Source: Candidatus Hydrogenedentota bacterium (GTDB taxonomy: Bacteria; Hydrogenedentota; Hydrogenedentia; Hydrogenedentales; SLHB01). Taken from it: 64,000 nucleotides of DNA. A program made the translations under genes and the position numbers. Below are positions 8,667 through 19,587 of the stretch, one piece after another (position 1 is the first letter of the stretch; every line of letters begins with the position of its first letter). Where the stretch lies: contig CAXXTH010000017.1 of NCBI GenBank assembly GCA_963668025.2, positions 64,001 to 128,000 of the forward strand. The letters are read 5' to 3'. Below the pieces are notes generated by a model. The model saw only the letters and a program-made list of their open reading frames with translations, was not told the DNA's origin and did not search any database.

Positions 8667-9598
8667 TGCGCATCGTTTTCTTTGGAACACCGGAACTGGC
8701 CGTGCCTTCGCTTGCGGCCATCGCAGGGCGCTTCGGCGTCATAGCGGCGGTGTGCCAGCCCGATAGCCCCCAGGGGCGCGGGCGGAAGCTCGAGGCGCCT
8801 CCCGTGAAAAAATGGTGCATCGAACATGGCGTCCCCGTGGAACAGCCTGTAAAACTCAATGACGGGGCTTTCGAGGCCTGGCTTCAATCACAGTCGCCGG
8901 ATATCTGCGCCGTGGCGGCTTATGGCCGCATGCTCAAGCAGCCGCTCCTTGATATTCCGCCGCTGGGCTTTCTCAATTTGCATCCAAGCCTGCTGCCCAA
9001 GTATCGCGGCGCTTCGCCCATTCAAACCGCTTTGCTCAATGGCGACGCCACGACGGGCGTAACCATCATGCGGGTCATTTTGGCGATGGATGCGGGGGAT
9101 ATCCTGTTGCAGGAAGAAATGCCCATTACGCCGGATGACACCTGCTTAAGCCTGTCGGAACGGCTGGCGGCGCGCGGCGCGGAGTTGTTCGTGGAAGGCA
9201 TCGAGTTGGTGGCGTCGGGCAAAGCGGTTTTCACGCCGCAAGAAGAGAGCAAAGTGGTGCATTGCCGTTTGTTTGAAAAGGGCGATGGACTGATCCAGTG
9301 GCGTCAATCCGCGCCAGAGATTCACAATCTCGTACGCGCGGCCATTCCGTGGCCCGTGGCGCATACGCCCTTTCGGGGCGAGCCGCTGCGCATATGGCGC
9401 ACGGAGGCGCTTGATGAGCCTGCGGCGTATGCGCCCGGCGCCATCGTGCGTGTCGAAAAGGAGCGCATCGCCGTGGCGACGGGAAATGGTGTGTTGGCTA
9501 TCCGCACCCTGCAAGCGCCGGGAAAGCGGGCCATGAATGTGGATGAATTTCTTCGTGGCCGGGCGGTATCTCCTGGCGAACATTTTGGAGACGCCTGA
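8666..9598 (+). CDS. fmt: Methionyl-tRNA formyltransferase
   Basis: Motifs MRIVFFGTP, QPD..GRG, NLHPSLLPKYRGASPIQ and MDAGDI. Confidence 0.96.
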   Translation: MRIVFFGTPELAVPSLAAIAGRFGVIAAVCQPDSPQGRGRKLEAPPVKKWCIEHGVPVEQPVKLNDGAFEAWLQSQSPDICAVAAYGRMLKQPLLDIPPLGFLNLHPSLLPKYRGASPIQTALLNGDATTGVTIMRVILAMDAGDILLQEEMPITPDDTCLSLSERLAARGAELFVEGIELVASGKAVFTPQEESKVVHCRLFEKGDGLIQWRQSAPEIHNLVRAAIPWPVAHTPFRGEPLRIWRTEALDEPAAYAPGAIVRVEKERIAVATGNGVLAIRTLQAPGKRAMNVDEFLRGRAVSPGEHFGDA

Positions 9599-9600
9599 CC

Positions 9601-10935
9601 TTGGCCGAGGATGAAGTACGCGATACAGCGGTCCGCGTGTTGTTGCGGGTGTTTACGCATGGCGCGTTTATAAACGTAGCCGTAGACAAGGCCCTTAGAC
9701 GCCGTGAACTGTCGGAACGCGGACGCCGTTTCATGACGCAGCTCGTGTATGGGACAGTCCGGCATAAACTGCTATGCGACTATATCCTCCAACCGCTGTT
9801 GCGGCAGCCTATGGAGGAGCTTCCGCCCGCTATACACACCATTCTCCGGATGGGCGTCTACCAGGCGTTGTTTTTAAACCAAGTGACCTTTCCCGCCATG
9901 GTGCATTCGAGCGTCGAGCTGGCGAAACATCATGGCCATATCGGCACAGCTCGGCTCGTAAACGCCGTACTCAAACGCACGCCGCAATGCTTGGATGATG
10001 TGCATTTCCCAGACCCGGAACGCGATAGGCTGGCGTATCTCAGCGTGCGGTATTCCATGCCGCGATGGCTCGTCGAACAGTGGAGCGCCCAATTCGGCCC
10101 CGAAGAGGCGTCCGCTCTCTGCGCGGCGATGAACGAACAAGCGCCTACGGCGTTGCGCGCCAACCGGCTCCGTATTACGGTGGAAGAATTATGTGCGGGC
10201 CTCACCAAAGCTGGATATGAAACCGTAAAGCGTACGCCGGTACCAGAAGAGGTGACGGTGCTGTCCGGGATGCCGCCCGCGCGGGCCAAGCTTTTCCGGG
10301 ATGGGGCCTGCATGCTGCAAGATCCGGCCTCGATGCTGCCGCCGCATCTGCTGGAACCCCAGCCGGGCGATTGGGTATTGGATCTGTGTGCGGCTCCGGG
10401 CGGTAAATCGGCGCACCTGAGCGAACTGGCGGGCGGCCAGGTGCGGGTGGCGGCGCAGGATGCGCATTTCCGCAAGTCAGCGCAGATTGCCGAAAATATC
10501 GCGCGCATGGGCACGCCGAATGTGTTCCCGCTATGCGCCGATGGGCTGCATCCGCCTTTTACCGAAGGTTTTTTCGACCGTGTTCTCGTGGATGCGCCGT
10601 GCAGCGGCCTCGGCACGCTGCGGCGGCACCCTGATTTGAAGTGGCGCACGGGGCCTGAGGAATTTGAAACACTGGGCGTGGCGCAAGAAGCGTTGTTGCG
10701 CTCTGCTATCCGGCTCTGCAAAAATGGCGGGCTTATAGTATATTCGGTATGCACTTTTTCCCAGCGGGAAACGGAGCATGTGTTCCGCACTATCGCCGGT
10801 GAAGGGTTTGTGCAGCCAGAAGATGGACCTAAATGGTTAGAAGAATGGAAAATCGGGCCGGGACAGTATCAAACGCTGCCGCATCGCGCGGGTATGGACG
10901 GATTCTACTTGATGCGGTTGCGGAAATCGTTCTAA
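9601..10935 (+). CDS. rsmB: 16S rRNA m5C967 methyltransferase RsmB/Sun
   Basis: NusB-like N-terminus, motifs DLCAAPGGK, DAPCSGLG and YSVCT, and position after fmt. Confidence 0.93.
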   Translation: MAEDEVRDTAVRVLLRVFTHGAFINVAVDKALRRRELSERGRRFMTQLVYGTVRHKLLCDYILQPLLRQPMEELPPAIHTILRMGVYQALFLNQVTFPAMVHSSVELAKHHGHIGTARLVNAVLKRTPQCLDDVHFPDPERDRLAYLSVRYSMPRWLVEQWSAQFGPEEASALCAAMNEQAPTALRANRLRITVEELCAGLTKAGYETVKRTPVPEEVTVLSGMPPARAKLFRDGACMLQDPASMLPPHLLEPQPGDWVLDLCAAPGGKSAHLSELAGGQVRVAAQDAHFRKSAQIAENIARMGTPNVFPLCADGLHPPFTEGFFDRVLVDAPCSGLGTLRRHPDLKWRTGPEEFETLGVAQEALLRSAIRLCKNGGLIVYSVCTFSQRETEHVFRTIAGEGFVQPEDGPKWLEEWKIGPGQYQTLPHRAGMDGFYLMRLRKSF

Positions 10936-12014
10936 ACATCACGATCTTCATCCTCCGCTTTTTCCTGTGGATATGGAAGTGGAGCTTCGCGGCCTTGTTT
11001 CTCGTAGGCGTCATGGCGGCCGCGGGGTATTTCGTGTTCATACGGGCCGTGGCGGGGGGCGAATATGTCACCGTGCCGGATATCACGGGGAAACCGGTTG
11101 TCGAGGCGTATTCGGTCTTATATGAGAAAGGCCTTGAAGTAGGCAAACAGACCGAGATACTCAATAAGGAAGTGCCCAAAGACTACGTCATTGGCCAGAA
11201 TCCTCCAGCAGGGAAAGTGGTGCGCGCTGGACGTAAAGTTTCGCCCACGATTAGCGTAGGCCCTGATCTCGAACAAGCGCCGAATTTGATCGGGCAGAAT
11301 TTCCAGGACGCCTTGAACCAGCTTTCCCAACAAGGCCGTTTTGTACTCGCTTCGCAGCCCGCGAGCATACCCAGCGACCAGCCTCGAGGCGTCATCATCG
11401 GCCAGGATCCGCCCGCTGGCAAGCGCATCCCACGCGGTGCGGAGTTAAATGTGTTGGTCAGCGGCGGCGCGGGCGCGGGCAGCCTTATGATGCGCAATCT
11501 GGTAGGCATGCCCCTCGAAGAGGCCAAAACCGTGCTGACGCGCTCGGGCCTTGTCCCCGTTGTGATCCGGGTGGACCGCTCGGACGTTCCGTATGATCAG
11601 ATTCTTGAGCAGCTTACTTCGCCCGGCAGCCTGGTGTCGCAGGGAGATGAAATCAAGCTCAAAGTGCGCACATCCGCGAATGTGCCTGACGCATGGCGCG
11701 AGGTGATCATCAATTATGCGGTGCCTCAAGGCCTGTATGACCAGGAAGTGCGTATTGACCTCATTAATAACGAGGGCGTAGTCTGGACCTTATTCCCCCG
11801 CTCGAAGCATTATGTGAATGGCTCGCCGCCTCGCTTCAACGCCGGCGAGCGGATCACGGAAGATGGCCAGCCGTTGCGGTTTTCTTTCAAAAACCAGACG
11901 ACCGTCAATATCTATCTCAATGGGCGGCAGGTCCGTTCCATGTTTTATGAAGGAAATGCAGATCCAGTCGTGACGAACTTTGATCAAGCTAGTGGAGGAA
12001 ACAATGGCGTCTAA
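10833..12014 (+). CDS. Membrane-anchored triple-PASTA domain protein (start uncertain)
   Basis: TM helix followed by the repeats VPDITGK...VIGQNPPAG, APNLIGQ...IIGQDPPAG and MRNLVGM...ILEQ..SPG. No kinase domain. Confidence 0.85.
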   Translation: MVRRMENRAGTVSNAAASRGYGRILLDAVAEIVLNITIFILRFFLWIWKWSFAALFLVGVMAAAGYFVFIRAVAGGEYVTVPDITGKPVVEAYSVLYEKGLEVGKQTEILNKEVPKDYVIGQNPPAGKVVRAGRKVSPTISVGPDLEQAPNLIGQNFQDALNQLSQQGRFVLASQPASIPSDQPRGVIIGQDPPAGKRIPRGAELNVLVSGGAGAGSLMMRNLVGMPLEEAKTVLTRSGLVPVVIRVDRSDVPYDQILEQLTSPGSLVSQGDEIKLKVRTSANVPDAWREVIINYAVPQGLYDQEVRIDLINNEGVVWTLFPRSKHYVNGSPPRFNAGERITEDGQPLRFSFKNQTTVNIYLNGRQVRSMFYEGNADPVVTNFDQASGGNNGV

Positions 12015-12651
12015 GATCAAAATTGCCCCTTCGATTCTCGCATCGGACTTTGGACGCCTCGGCGAGGAGATCGAGGCGGTTATAGAAGCAGGCGCGGACC
12101 TCATCCATGTGGATGTTATGGATGGCCATTTCACGCCCAATATCACCATCGGGCCGCCTGTGGTGGCCTGTCTGCGCAAACACTGTTCCGTGCCGATGGA
12201 TGTCCATCTCATGATCACGGACCCCGAAACCTATGCGCCCGAATTCGCGAATGCCGGGGCGGACATTATTACGTTCCATGTCGAAGCGGCGCGCCATCCC
12301 CACCGGGTCATACAGAAAATCAAGGATGCAGGCTGCAAGGCGGGCATTGTGTTGAATCCAGGCACTTCCCATGATGAGATTGAATACCTTGTGGACTATG
12401 TGGATATGGTGTTGCTGATGACGGTCAATCCCGGTTTCGGCGGCCAGCAGTTCATCCCCGAGATGCTCTCGAAGATCCAATGCGTCCGCGCCATGATTGG
12501 TGATAGGGATCTCGAAGTGGATGGCGGCATCGACGCCACGACCGCTCCTGATGTCATCCAGGCGGGCGCAAATGTCCTCGTCGCAGGCTCCTATGTGTTT
12601 CGCAGCCCTTCCTATATCGAAGCCATTGACAGCCTGCGCCCACGGGAATAA
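12004..12651 (+). CDS. rpe: Ribulose-phosphate 3-epimerase
   Basis: Motifs IAPSILASDF, HVDVMDGHF, DVHLM, MTVNPGFGGQ and EVDGG. Confidence 0.97.
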   Translation: MASKIKIAPSILASDFGRLGEEIEAVIEAGADLIHVDVMDGHFTPNITIGPPVVACLRKHCSVPMDVHLMITDPETYAPEFANAGADIITFHVEAARHPHRVIQKIKDAGCKAGIVLNPGTSHDEIEYLVDYVDMVLLMTVNPGFGGQQFIPEMLSKIQCVRAMIGDRDLEVDGGIDATTAPDVIQAGANVLVAGSYVFRSPSYIEAIDSLRPRE

Positions 12652-12824
12652 GGATGATTCTGATATAATCAAGGATACATGCATTTGTGGCGGAAAATGA
12701 ACCGTGATAGGCCACAAGGTGAGAGGAAATCGCAGCGAGACATGGCCGCAACTAAACGGCCTGCTTTTGAACCGCGAATGGACGCCATGAACGCCAATGG
12801 ATTTTTCTCCATGCTTTAACTCCC

Positions 12825-12847
12825 GTAGCATGGGTGTCTCGCCCATG
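12825..12847 (+). repeat. GTAG-type REP-like palindrome
   Basis: GTAG-CATGGG-TGTCTCG-CCCATG. Confidence 0.6.
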
Positions 12848-12858
12848 TGATGAGTAAG

Positions 12859-12888
12859 TTGTAGGGTGGGGCTTGCCCCACCGTTCAA
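12859..12888 (+). repeat. GTAG-type REP-like palindrome, copy 1
   Basis: TTGTAGGGTGGGGCTTGCCCCACCGTTCAA, with a near-identical copy at 35382. Confidence 0.75.
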
Positions 12889-13071
12889 CGGAGGAGACCA
12901 TCAAAGCATCTGGTAAGGATTGTAAAGCGTAAGAAGTTGATGTACTTTGGTTTACACGGGAAATTTCCACAAGAAAACTGCATTTTTGGGATAGTAGTGC
13001 AAAAAACGTTTTTGCGCCTCTTGCGCCTTCCGTGGCCAGCAGTTCGCTAAAAAAGGTTGAGCTCAGCTCCT

Positions 13072-13653
13072 ATGAATACACGGCATCCCAAAAGCGTCCG
13101 CCGACAGGTATTGTCACTGCTATACGAGCGTTATATGCAAAATCCGCTCGAAATGCTTTCGCCCGCTGATATGCTGGAAGCAGGGGAATTTGTCCGGGAA
13201 GAGTTATTATCCAATGCGCATTATCTGCATGATCGCGGCTTAGTGGAATTGCTCATGGGATATAATCCGCCGGCGTTTGCGGCGGCGCGCATTACGGCAA
13301 GCGGCATTGATCTCGTCGAAAATCGCTTCGAGTTTGATCTCCGGTTTCCCCCTTCGATGGAAGAGTTGGAGGCGGCGGGTGCGGAGATTCCTGCATTGCT
13401 CGAAAGCTTGGCGCAAGAAGCGGAGTACGCCGCACTCGATGGAGAACAGCGGCAGGCGCTCATCCGGGATGTGCAGTTCTTGCGGGAAGAAGTGGCGCGG
13501 CCTGCGGCGCGCTGGCGCATGCCGGTAATTCATGCGTTTCTAGATTGGATTCGCGGGCATTTTGCGGACGCGGCCGAACCGGTGGAAGAGTCGCTGCCTT
13601 CCCTCGAGCTTCTCCGCCAGGCCATCGAAGGCCTATCGATTAATCGGTATTAA
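13072..13653 (+). CDS. Hypothetical protein with a possible N-terminal winged helix
   Basis: Long ORF with host-like composition. 'YLHDRGLVE...ARITASGIDLVE' resembles a wHTH end. Confidence 0.7.
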   Translation: MNTRHPKSVRRQVLSLLYERYMQNPLEMLSPADMLEAGEFVREELLSNAHYLHDRGLVELLMGYNPPAFAAARITASGIDLVENRFEFDLRFPPSMEELEAAGAEIPALLESLAQEAEYAALDGEQRQALIRDVQFLREEVARPAARWRMPVIHAFLDWIRGHFADAAEPVEESLPSLELLRQAIEGLSINRY

Positions 13654-14527
13654 GCACGCCCAGCAGGTCATCGATTCGTCCGCTGCTTTCGCGCACGCGC
13701 TGTATCACATGTTCCCGTTGTTCCGGCCGCAAACCGAGCAGCTCTAAGGATAACTGCATATCCGGCATCAGTATTTCCACGTCCGCCCTATCTCCCATGC
13801 CGGATTCATACGCCAGCACATTGGCCAGCGCCGTAACATGGACAAGCTCCGCATGCGCCACGCTGCGTTCCGGTTCGTGGTGCCTCCGGATCGCTTCAAC
13901 GACAGGCAGCGGCAAATTCCAATGCTCTCCCAATGCGGCCCCTGCGGCGCAATGATCGAGTTTTAATACACTGCGTTCCGCTTGGCATACAGGAATGCCT
14001 TCCTTTACCACGAGCTGGACCGCTTGTTCGTATGCGGCTGGGTAAAGCAGGCCGAGGGCGACTTTCCCAATATCGTGAAGGAGCCCCGCGCTAAAATAAC
14101 CGTTGATGGGAGGCAGGTGCAGCACGCGCGCGATTTGCTCCGCGGCCATTGCGGCAGCCAAGGAATGCCGCCAAAGCTGCGTTAAATCAAAAGCGCCCGG
14201 GGCATGCTTTAGTGTTTGGAACGCTGTAGCGGTAAGAGCGATATCGCGCACTTTCGAGAAACCGAGAACCACGATGGCATCCGTCGCGCTGGATATGCGG
14301 CGGTAGAAGCCATAATATGCTGAGTTGGCCATGCGCAGCAGCGTCGCGGACAAACTCTGGTCTGGAATGATATGGCGCGCTAAATCGAGCGCGGAAGCAT
14401 CTGGATCCGCGGCGGTGGCCACCACCTGCAATACGACGCTTGGCAGCGTGGGCAGATTATGAATCTGGCCAAGGGCCTCTCTTGCCTCGCGGTCTTCGCC
14501 TATCGGATGGTGGTTCACGGCCTTCAT
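13640..14527 (-). CDS. HDOD domain protein
   Basis: Motifs LPTLPSV, LLRMANSAYYG, AIVVLG, LWRHS, GLLHDIGK and HWNLP...IRRHH. Confidence 0.92.
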   Translation of the reverse strand: MKAVNHHPIGEDREAREALGQIHNLPTLPSVVLQVVATAADPDASALDLARHIIPDQSLSATLLRMANSAYYGFYRRISSATDAIVVLGFSKVRDIALTATAFQTLKHAPGAFDLTQLWRHSLAAAMAAEQIARVLHLPPINGYFSAGLLHDIGKVALGLLYPAAYEQAVQLVVKEGIPVCQAERSVLKLDHCAAGAALGEHWNLPLPVVEAIRRHHEPERSVAHAELVHVTALANVLAYESGMGDRADVEILMPDMQLSLELLGLRPEQREHVIQRVRESSGRIDDLLGVLNTD

Positions 14528-14838
14528 CCTCACGCCAGCAAATGCATTGCGCCGGTTATATTTGCTTAAGGCTGCCGATGTATTGCAGAAGTCCAATCAC
14601 GATATCGAGCAAAAAGGCAACATCCGTGTTTTGTTCGCTATCCGTTTCCGCGCGGCGAGGCGCGGTGCAAAACTGCATATGCCGTTTCATCATGCTCCCG
14701 GATTATCCTATATCTAGTGTTATTCAGCATAGAACTTCCACCTGCGCCTGTCAACTTGCCCGCAATGCGGGAAGAATCAACCCGCCATAGGAGGTGAAAT
14801 GACGCCAAAGCCCAGGCACGTATGCTAAAAATAGGGCA

Positions 14839-16422
14839 TTATGATGCAGGCGGCGCTTGTTCGGAAGGGCCCCAGCTATTGCCCGTGGCCCGTTCGAGCG
14901 AGGCGTTGGCTACGGCGTAATCGCGCAAGGCTTGCACGAGATTGGTCTCCGCGCTGGTGAGAGCCAATTCCGCATCCAAGGTTTCTGATGGCGTGCCTAC
15001 GCCTTCCTTGAAGCGCAACTGGGCCAGCCGCAAGCCTTCCCGGGCCAATTCCACGGTGCCTTGTTCGCTCGGGATTTTCACCATGGCGTCTTGGAGCTGG
15101 ATATAGGATTGCGTCACATCCAGTTCCACGATGTGTTCGAGATCCAGTAATTCATGGCGCAATTTCTCGATCTGGGCCTTCGATTCGGCGCGCTCGAAAT
15201 GGCGGCGTCCGCCAGAATAAAGTTCCCATTCCGCGCCTACCGTCAAGGTCCAGCCATCCGCGACAGAGAAACTGCCCCCATGGGTGTCGCTGTAACCCGC
15301 CGTGGCGGCCACCTGGGGTTTGTATTGGCCGTTCACCCTGCGCAAATTCTGTTCGGCGGCTTTGACGCCCGACTCGATGGCGGCGATCTCCGGCCGCTGC
15401 TTATACGCCAATTCGACCATTTCCTTGACGTTCATAGCCGCAGGCATCCATTCGAGTTTGGGATTTATAGATACGGGCGTATCTTGCGGCAGATAAAGGA
15501 TGCGGCGCAGGTTCGTCAAGGCGAGACTATGCAGATTCTGCGCGGTTGCGAGGCTTGCCTCGCGGTTTCCTAGTTCCGTTTTCGCACGAAGCACATCAAA
15601 ATTGCTGGTCATACCCTCATCGAACATCTGCTGCGCATCCGACAAGGTGCGTTCATACGTATTCACGCTTTCATCCGCCACCCGGACAAGCGCTTCGGCG
15701 AGGACGACATCATAGAATGCCTGCTTGGCTTGGTACTCGATTTCCGCGAGTGTGGCTTTGCTTTGCCATTCCTGCGACTGGGCCAAATATTGCGACGCCT
15801 TGATGGCCGCCCGAATTTGCCCTCCCGCGTAGAGGACTTGCTGGACGTTCATTTGGCTGGTGATGAGATCGTCATCCGGGGTCGTGTCCGGGGTTAATCT
15901 CGCGGATAGTTTCGACATAGCGGAACTCAACACGATGGGGCCGCCGACATCCACTAGCGTGTTTCCAGTCTCAAGCTGGATCCCGCTGCTCATCGAGCTG
16001 CCTAACGCGCTAAATGCTTTCATCAGCAGAGTGGTTTTTGGAGCGACATATTCCGTATGCGTGCGCGCGAGGCTCCCAGTTACCTGGGGGAACATAGCGG
16101 AGCGGGCCTGGCCGATACGGGCCTTGGCGGCGTCCACTTCATCTTGAGCCATAAATACGGCGGCGTTTTTACTCAGCGCCATTTCCACGCACTGCCGGGC
16201 GCTAAGCTCAACCGTTCCTGGAGGTGGAGCGGTTTCCGCCGGGACGCTTGAATCGGACAAGTGTTTTTCGATGGCGATGATGACATCGTGATAAGAATGC
16301 AACGGATCAAGACCAGATCCGCTCCCGCCCGCCACGGACTCAGGGGAGGGCTGGGCTTCAACAGTGGTCTGTGCATAAGCGGCGAAGGGCAAGCACGCTA
16401 GTAAAAGCAAGCAATACTTCAT
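14839..16422 (-). CDS. TolC family outer membrane efflux protein
   Basis: Signal peptide and two OEP repeats (ALSKN...ARSAMFPQV; YKQRPEI...YKPQV). Confidence 0.88.
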   Translation of the reverse strand: MKYCLLLLACLPFAAYAQTTVEAQPSPESVAGGSGSGLDPLHSYHDVIIAIEKHLSDSSVPAETAPPPGTVELSARQCVEMALSKNAAVFMAQDEVDAAKARIGQARSAMFPQVTGSLARTHTEYVAPKTTLLMKAFSALGSSMSSGIQLETGNTLVDVGGPIVLSSAMSKLSARLTPDTTPDDDLITSQMNVQQVLYAGGQIRAAIKASQYLAQSQEWQSKATLAEIEYQAKQAFYDVVLAEALVRVADESVNTYERTLSDAQQMFDEGMTSNFDVLRAKTELGNREASLATAQNLHSLALTNLRRILYLPQDTPVSINPKLEWMPAAMNVKEMVELAYKQRPEIAAIESGVKAAEQNLRRVNGQYKPQVAATAGYSDTHGGSFSVADGWTLTVGAEWELYSGGRRHFERAESKAQIEKLRHELLDLEHIVELDVTQSYIQLQDAMVKIPSEQGTVELAREGLRLAQLRFKEGVGTPSETLDAELALTSAETNLVQALRDYAVANASLERATGNSWGPSEQAPPAS

Positions 16423-16779
16423 GGCGCGAGTCTTCCTTTGTCCTCGTTGATCTGACGTTTCCACGATAGCACACCCGGAAGAAACATTCAAACGTTTGTT
16501 TGCATAAGGCTGGCTAATGGCCGCCCCCGTCATCTGATGGGATTCCCGCGCACCGGGAATATGAGCCGACTGTATGGGAATAAAGGTTTTAACGCCTTAT
16601 GTTGACACATAGAGAGGCAAAGAAAGCCTCTTATATCGGGTATGGAACGCGGGATATGCCGGGCTGTACCGTCTGCCACGGATGCGAGGGAATCCAAGAG
16701 GTGTTTTTATGTGAATGGAGTGGTATGTTTACATGACGCGCCGCCGCATCTATCATGCATAACAAGAGGTATAAGGGAC

Positions 16780-18273
16780 ATGGAAGTATCAGACACGGAA
16801 GCATCGGGGCCCAAATATAAGGGCAGCCGGATAGAACAGAGCAACCGCGAGGTGGCCGAACTGGCCAGCCGCGAGTATAAATATGGCTGGGTGACGGATA
16901 TTGAATCCGATACCATCGAACGCGGGTTGAACGAGGACGTGGTCCGCCTGATCTCCCTGAAAAAGGAAGAGCCAGAATGGCTCCTCGAATGGCGATTGAA
17001 AGCCTTCCGCCATTGGCAGAGCATGCACGAGCCGAATTGGGCCAACGTCACGTATCCGCCTATTGATTACCAGCAGCAGCGCTACTATTCCGCACCCAAG
17101 AACAAGAAGCCAGGCTCCATGGGCGAAGTGGACGCGGAATTGCTCGAAACGTTCAACAAGCTGGGCATTCCGCTCGAGGAGCAGAAACGCTTAGCGGGCG
17201 TTGCGGTGGACGCGGTTTTCGACAGCGTATCCGTGGCCACGACCCACCAGGAAATTTTGTCGAAAAAAGGGGTCATTTTCTGCTCCTTTTCCGAAGCAGT
17301 GAAAAATCATCCAGACCTGGTGCAACAATACCTCGGCTCCGTGGTGCCTTATGGCGACAATTTTTTCGCGGCCCTCAATTCGGCGGTGTTCAGCGACGGG
17401 TCTTTCTGCTACATCCCGAAAGGCGTAAAATGCCCGATGGACCTGTCCACGTATTTCCGCATCAACGCCGCCGAGACAGGCCAATTCGAACGCACCCTCA
17501 TCATCGCAGAGGAAGGCGCTTCGGTGAACTATCTCGAGGGATGCACCGCACCCATGCGCGATGAAAACCAGCTTCACGCCGCCATCGTGGAATTGATCGC
17601 CATGGATGATGCAAGCATCAACTACTCGACGGTGCAGAATTGGTACGCGGGCGACGCGGAAGGCAAGGGCGGCATTTATAATTTCGTCACCAAGCGCGGC
17701 ATCTGCAAAGGCAGAAACTCGCATATCTCGTGGACCCAGGTCGAGACAGGCTCGTCCATTACGTGGAAATATCCGGGATGCATCTTGCAGGGTGACAATT
17801 CCGTGGGCGAATTTTATTCGGTGGCATTGAGCACCAAGCGCCAACAGGCCGATACGGGCACGAAGATGATCCATCTCGGCAAGAATACGCGAAGCACGGT
17901 CATCTCGAAAACCATCTCGGCGGCCCATGGGAATAACAGCTACCGGGGCCGGATTCAAGTGATGCCGAAGGCCGAGAATGCGCGTAATTACACGCAATGC
18001 GATTCGCTATTAATTGGCGATCAATGCGGCGCGCATACCTTTCCGTATATCGATGTGCGCAACCCAACGGCCAAAGTCGAGCACGAAGCCTCGACCTCCA
18101 AGATTAGTGACGACCAATTGTTTTACTGCAAGCAGCGGGGCATTGGCACCGAAGACGCCATTTCGATGGTGGTGAATGGATTTTGTAAGGAAGTATTCGA
18201 GCATTTGCCCATGGAGTTCGCCGTCGAGGCCACAAAACTGCTGGGCGTGAGTTTGGAAGGGAGTATCGGATAG
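16780..18273 (+). CDS. sufB: Fe-S cluster assembly protein SufB
   Basis: Motifs [33 protein letters not shown] and QADTGTKM. Confidence 0.97.
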   Translation: MEVSDTEASGPKYKGSRIEQSNREVAELASREYKYGWVTDIESDTIERGLNEDVVRLISLKKEEPEWLLEWRLKAFRHWQSMHEPNWANVTYPPIDYQQQRYYSAPKNKKPGSMGEVDAELLETFNKLGIPLEEQKRLAGVAVDAVFDSVSVATTHQEILSKKGVIFCSFSEAVKNHPDLVQQYLGSVVPYGDNFFAALNSAVFSDGSFCYIPKGVKCPMDLSTYFRINAAETGQFERTLIIAEEGASVNYLEGCTAPMRDENQLHAAIVELIAMDDASINYSTVQNWYAGDAEGKGGIYNFVTKRGICKGRNSHISWTQVETGSSITWKYPGCILQGDNSVGEFYSVALSTKRQQADTGTKMIHLGKNTRSTVISKTISAAHGNNSYRGRIQVMPKAENARNYTQCDSLLIGDQCGAHTFPYIDVRNPTAKVEHEASTSKISDDQLFYCKQRGIGTEDAISMVVNGFCKEVFEHLPMEFAVEATKLLGVSLEGSIG

Positions 18274-19029
18274 ATGTTGGACATCCGTAATTTACATGCG
18301 TCCGTGGAAGGCAACGAAATTCTACGGGGTATCAGCCTCAAAGTGAATCCAGGCGAAGTACATGCCATCATGGGGCCGAACGGGTCAGGCAAGAGCACGC
18401 TGGCCCAAGTGCTCGCGGGCAACGAAGCGTATGAGGCCACGCAGGGCGAAGTCGAGTTCCTGGGTGAAAACCTACTTGAACTGCCTGCGGAAGAACGTGC
18501 GCGCCTGGGCTTGTTCCTGGCGTTTCAATATCCGATTGACATCCCCGGCATATCGAACGCCTATTTCCTGCAAGCCGGGTTAAACGAGATTCGTAAGAGC
18601 CACGGCCTCGAGGAACTCGATGCCCTCGAATTCCGGGAAATCCTGCAAGAGAAAATGCGCATGGTGGAAATAGACCCCAAGTTCGCCGAACGGCCCGTGA
18701 ATGACGGATTCTCCGGCGGTGAGAAAAAACGCAACGAAATCCTCCAGATGGCCGTGCTCGAGCCAAAGTTATGCATTCTCGACGAAACGGACTCGGGCCT
18801 GGATATCGACGCCTTGCGCATCGTGTCGGAAGGCGTCAATAAGTTGCGCGACGGCTCACGCGGATTCATCGTCGTGACGCATTACCAGCGTTTGCTCAAC
18901 TATATCGTGCCAGACGTGGTGCATGTGCTGTACAAGGGCCAGCTCGTCAAGACCGGCGGAAAGGAACTCGCCATGGAGCTTGAGGAAAAAGGATACGACT
19001 GGGTGAAAGCCGAATTGGCAGGCGTGTGA
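18274..19029 (+). CDS. sufC: Fe-S cluster assembly ATPase SufC
   Basis: Motifs [39 protein letters not shown] and THYQRLL. Confidence 0.97.
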   Translation: MLDIRNLHASVEGNEILRGISLKVNPGEVHAIMGPNGSGKSTLAQVLAGNEAYEATQGEVEFLGENLLELPAEERARLGLFLAFQYPIDIPGISNAYFLQAGLNEIRKSHGLEELDALEFREILQEKMRMVEIDPKFAERPVNDGFSGGEKKRNEILQMAVLEPKLCILDETDSGLDIDALRIVSEGVNKLRDGSRGFIVVTHYQRLLNYIVPDVVHVLYKGQLVKTGGKELAMELEEKGYDWVKAELAGV

Positions 19030-19037
19030 TGAAAAGA

Positions 19038-19180
19038 TTTTTTAGACATGATTTACAAGATGGACGAGATTTTTAAAGATGGTGTTCAGTTAATGGATTT
19101 GGCGAAGAGATGAATCGTTTAGAATGAATCATTTGAAATTGCTCATCTTTGTCTTATCTTGTAAATCCTGTCCAAAAAAA
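19038..19180. repeat. Inverted-repeat unit 1 (R1/R2) upstream of the GxxExxY gene
   Basis: R1 is TTTTTTAGACATGATTTACAAGATGGACGAGAT (19038-19070). R2 (19145-19180) reverse-complements to TTTTTTTGGACAGGATTTACAAGATAAGACAAAGAT. Confidence 0.9.
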
Positions 19181-19193
19181 GAGAGATAGAACA

Positions 19194-19580
19194 GTGGACA
19201 TTAACGAGTTGACCAAGCTAGTGATTGGTTCCGCCTATACTGTCCATAATGTTTTGGGCCCCGGCTTTCTGGAGAAAGTATATGAAAACGCGCTTCTAGT
19301 CGAATTGTTGGAGATAGGGTTATCGGCAAAACAGCAGGCGGATATACCAGTTTACTATCGAGGGAAAAATGTCGGAGACTTTGTAGCGGACTTGGTTATC
19401 GAAGAAAGGCTTATTTTAGAACTGAAGGCCGTGCAATCTCTTTCCAAAGAGCATGAAGTCCAGTTGGTCAATTACCTCAACGCGACAGGAATTGAGAATG
19501 GATTGCTCATCAACTTCGGACCTTCTGTCACGGTAAAGCGTAAATTCCGCCGATATGAAGCAGTGGAAGACATCAGATAG
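19194..19580 (+). CDS. GxxExxY protein (PD-(D/E)XK nuclease-like)
   Basis: Motifs LGPGFLEKVYENAL, ADLVIEERLILELKAV, QLVNYL and GLLINFG. GTG start at 19194. Confidence 0.93.
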   Translation: MDINELTKLVIGSAYTVHNVLGPGFLEKVYENALLVELLEIGLSAKQQADIPVYYRGKNVGDFVADLVIEERLILELKAVQSLSKEHEVQLVNYLNATGIENGLLINFGPSVTVKRKFRRYEAVEDIR

Positions 19581-19587
19581 GGTGGTG

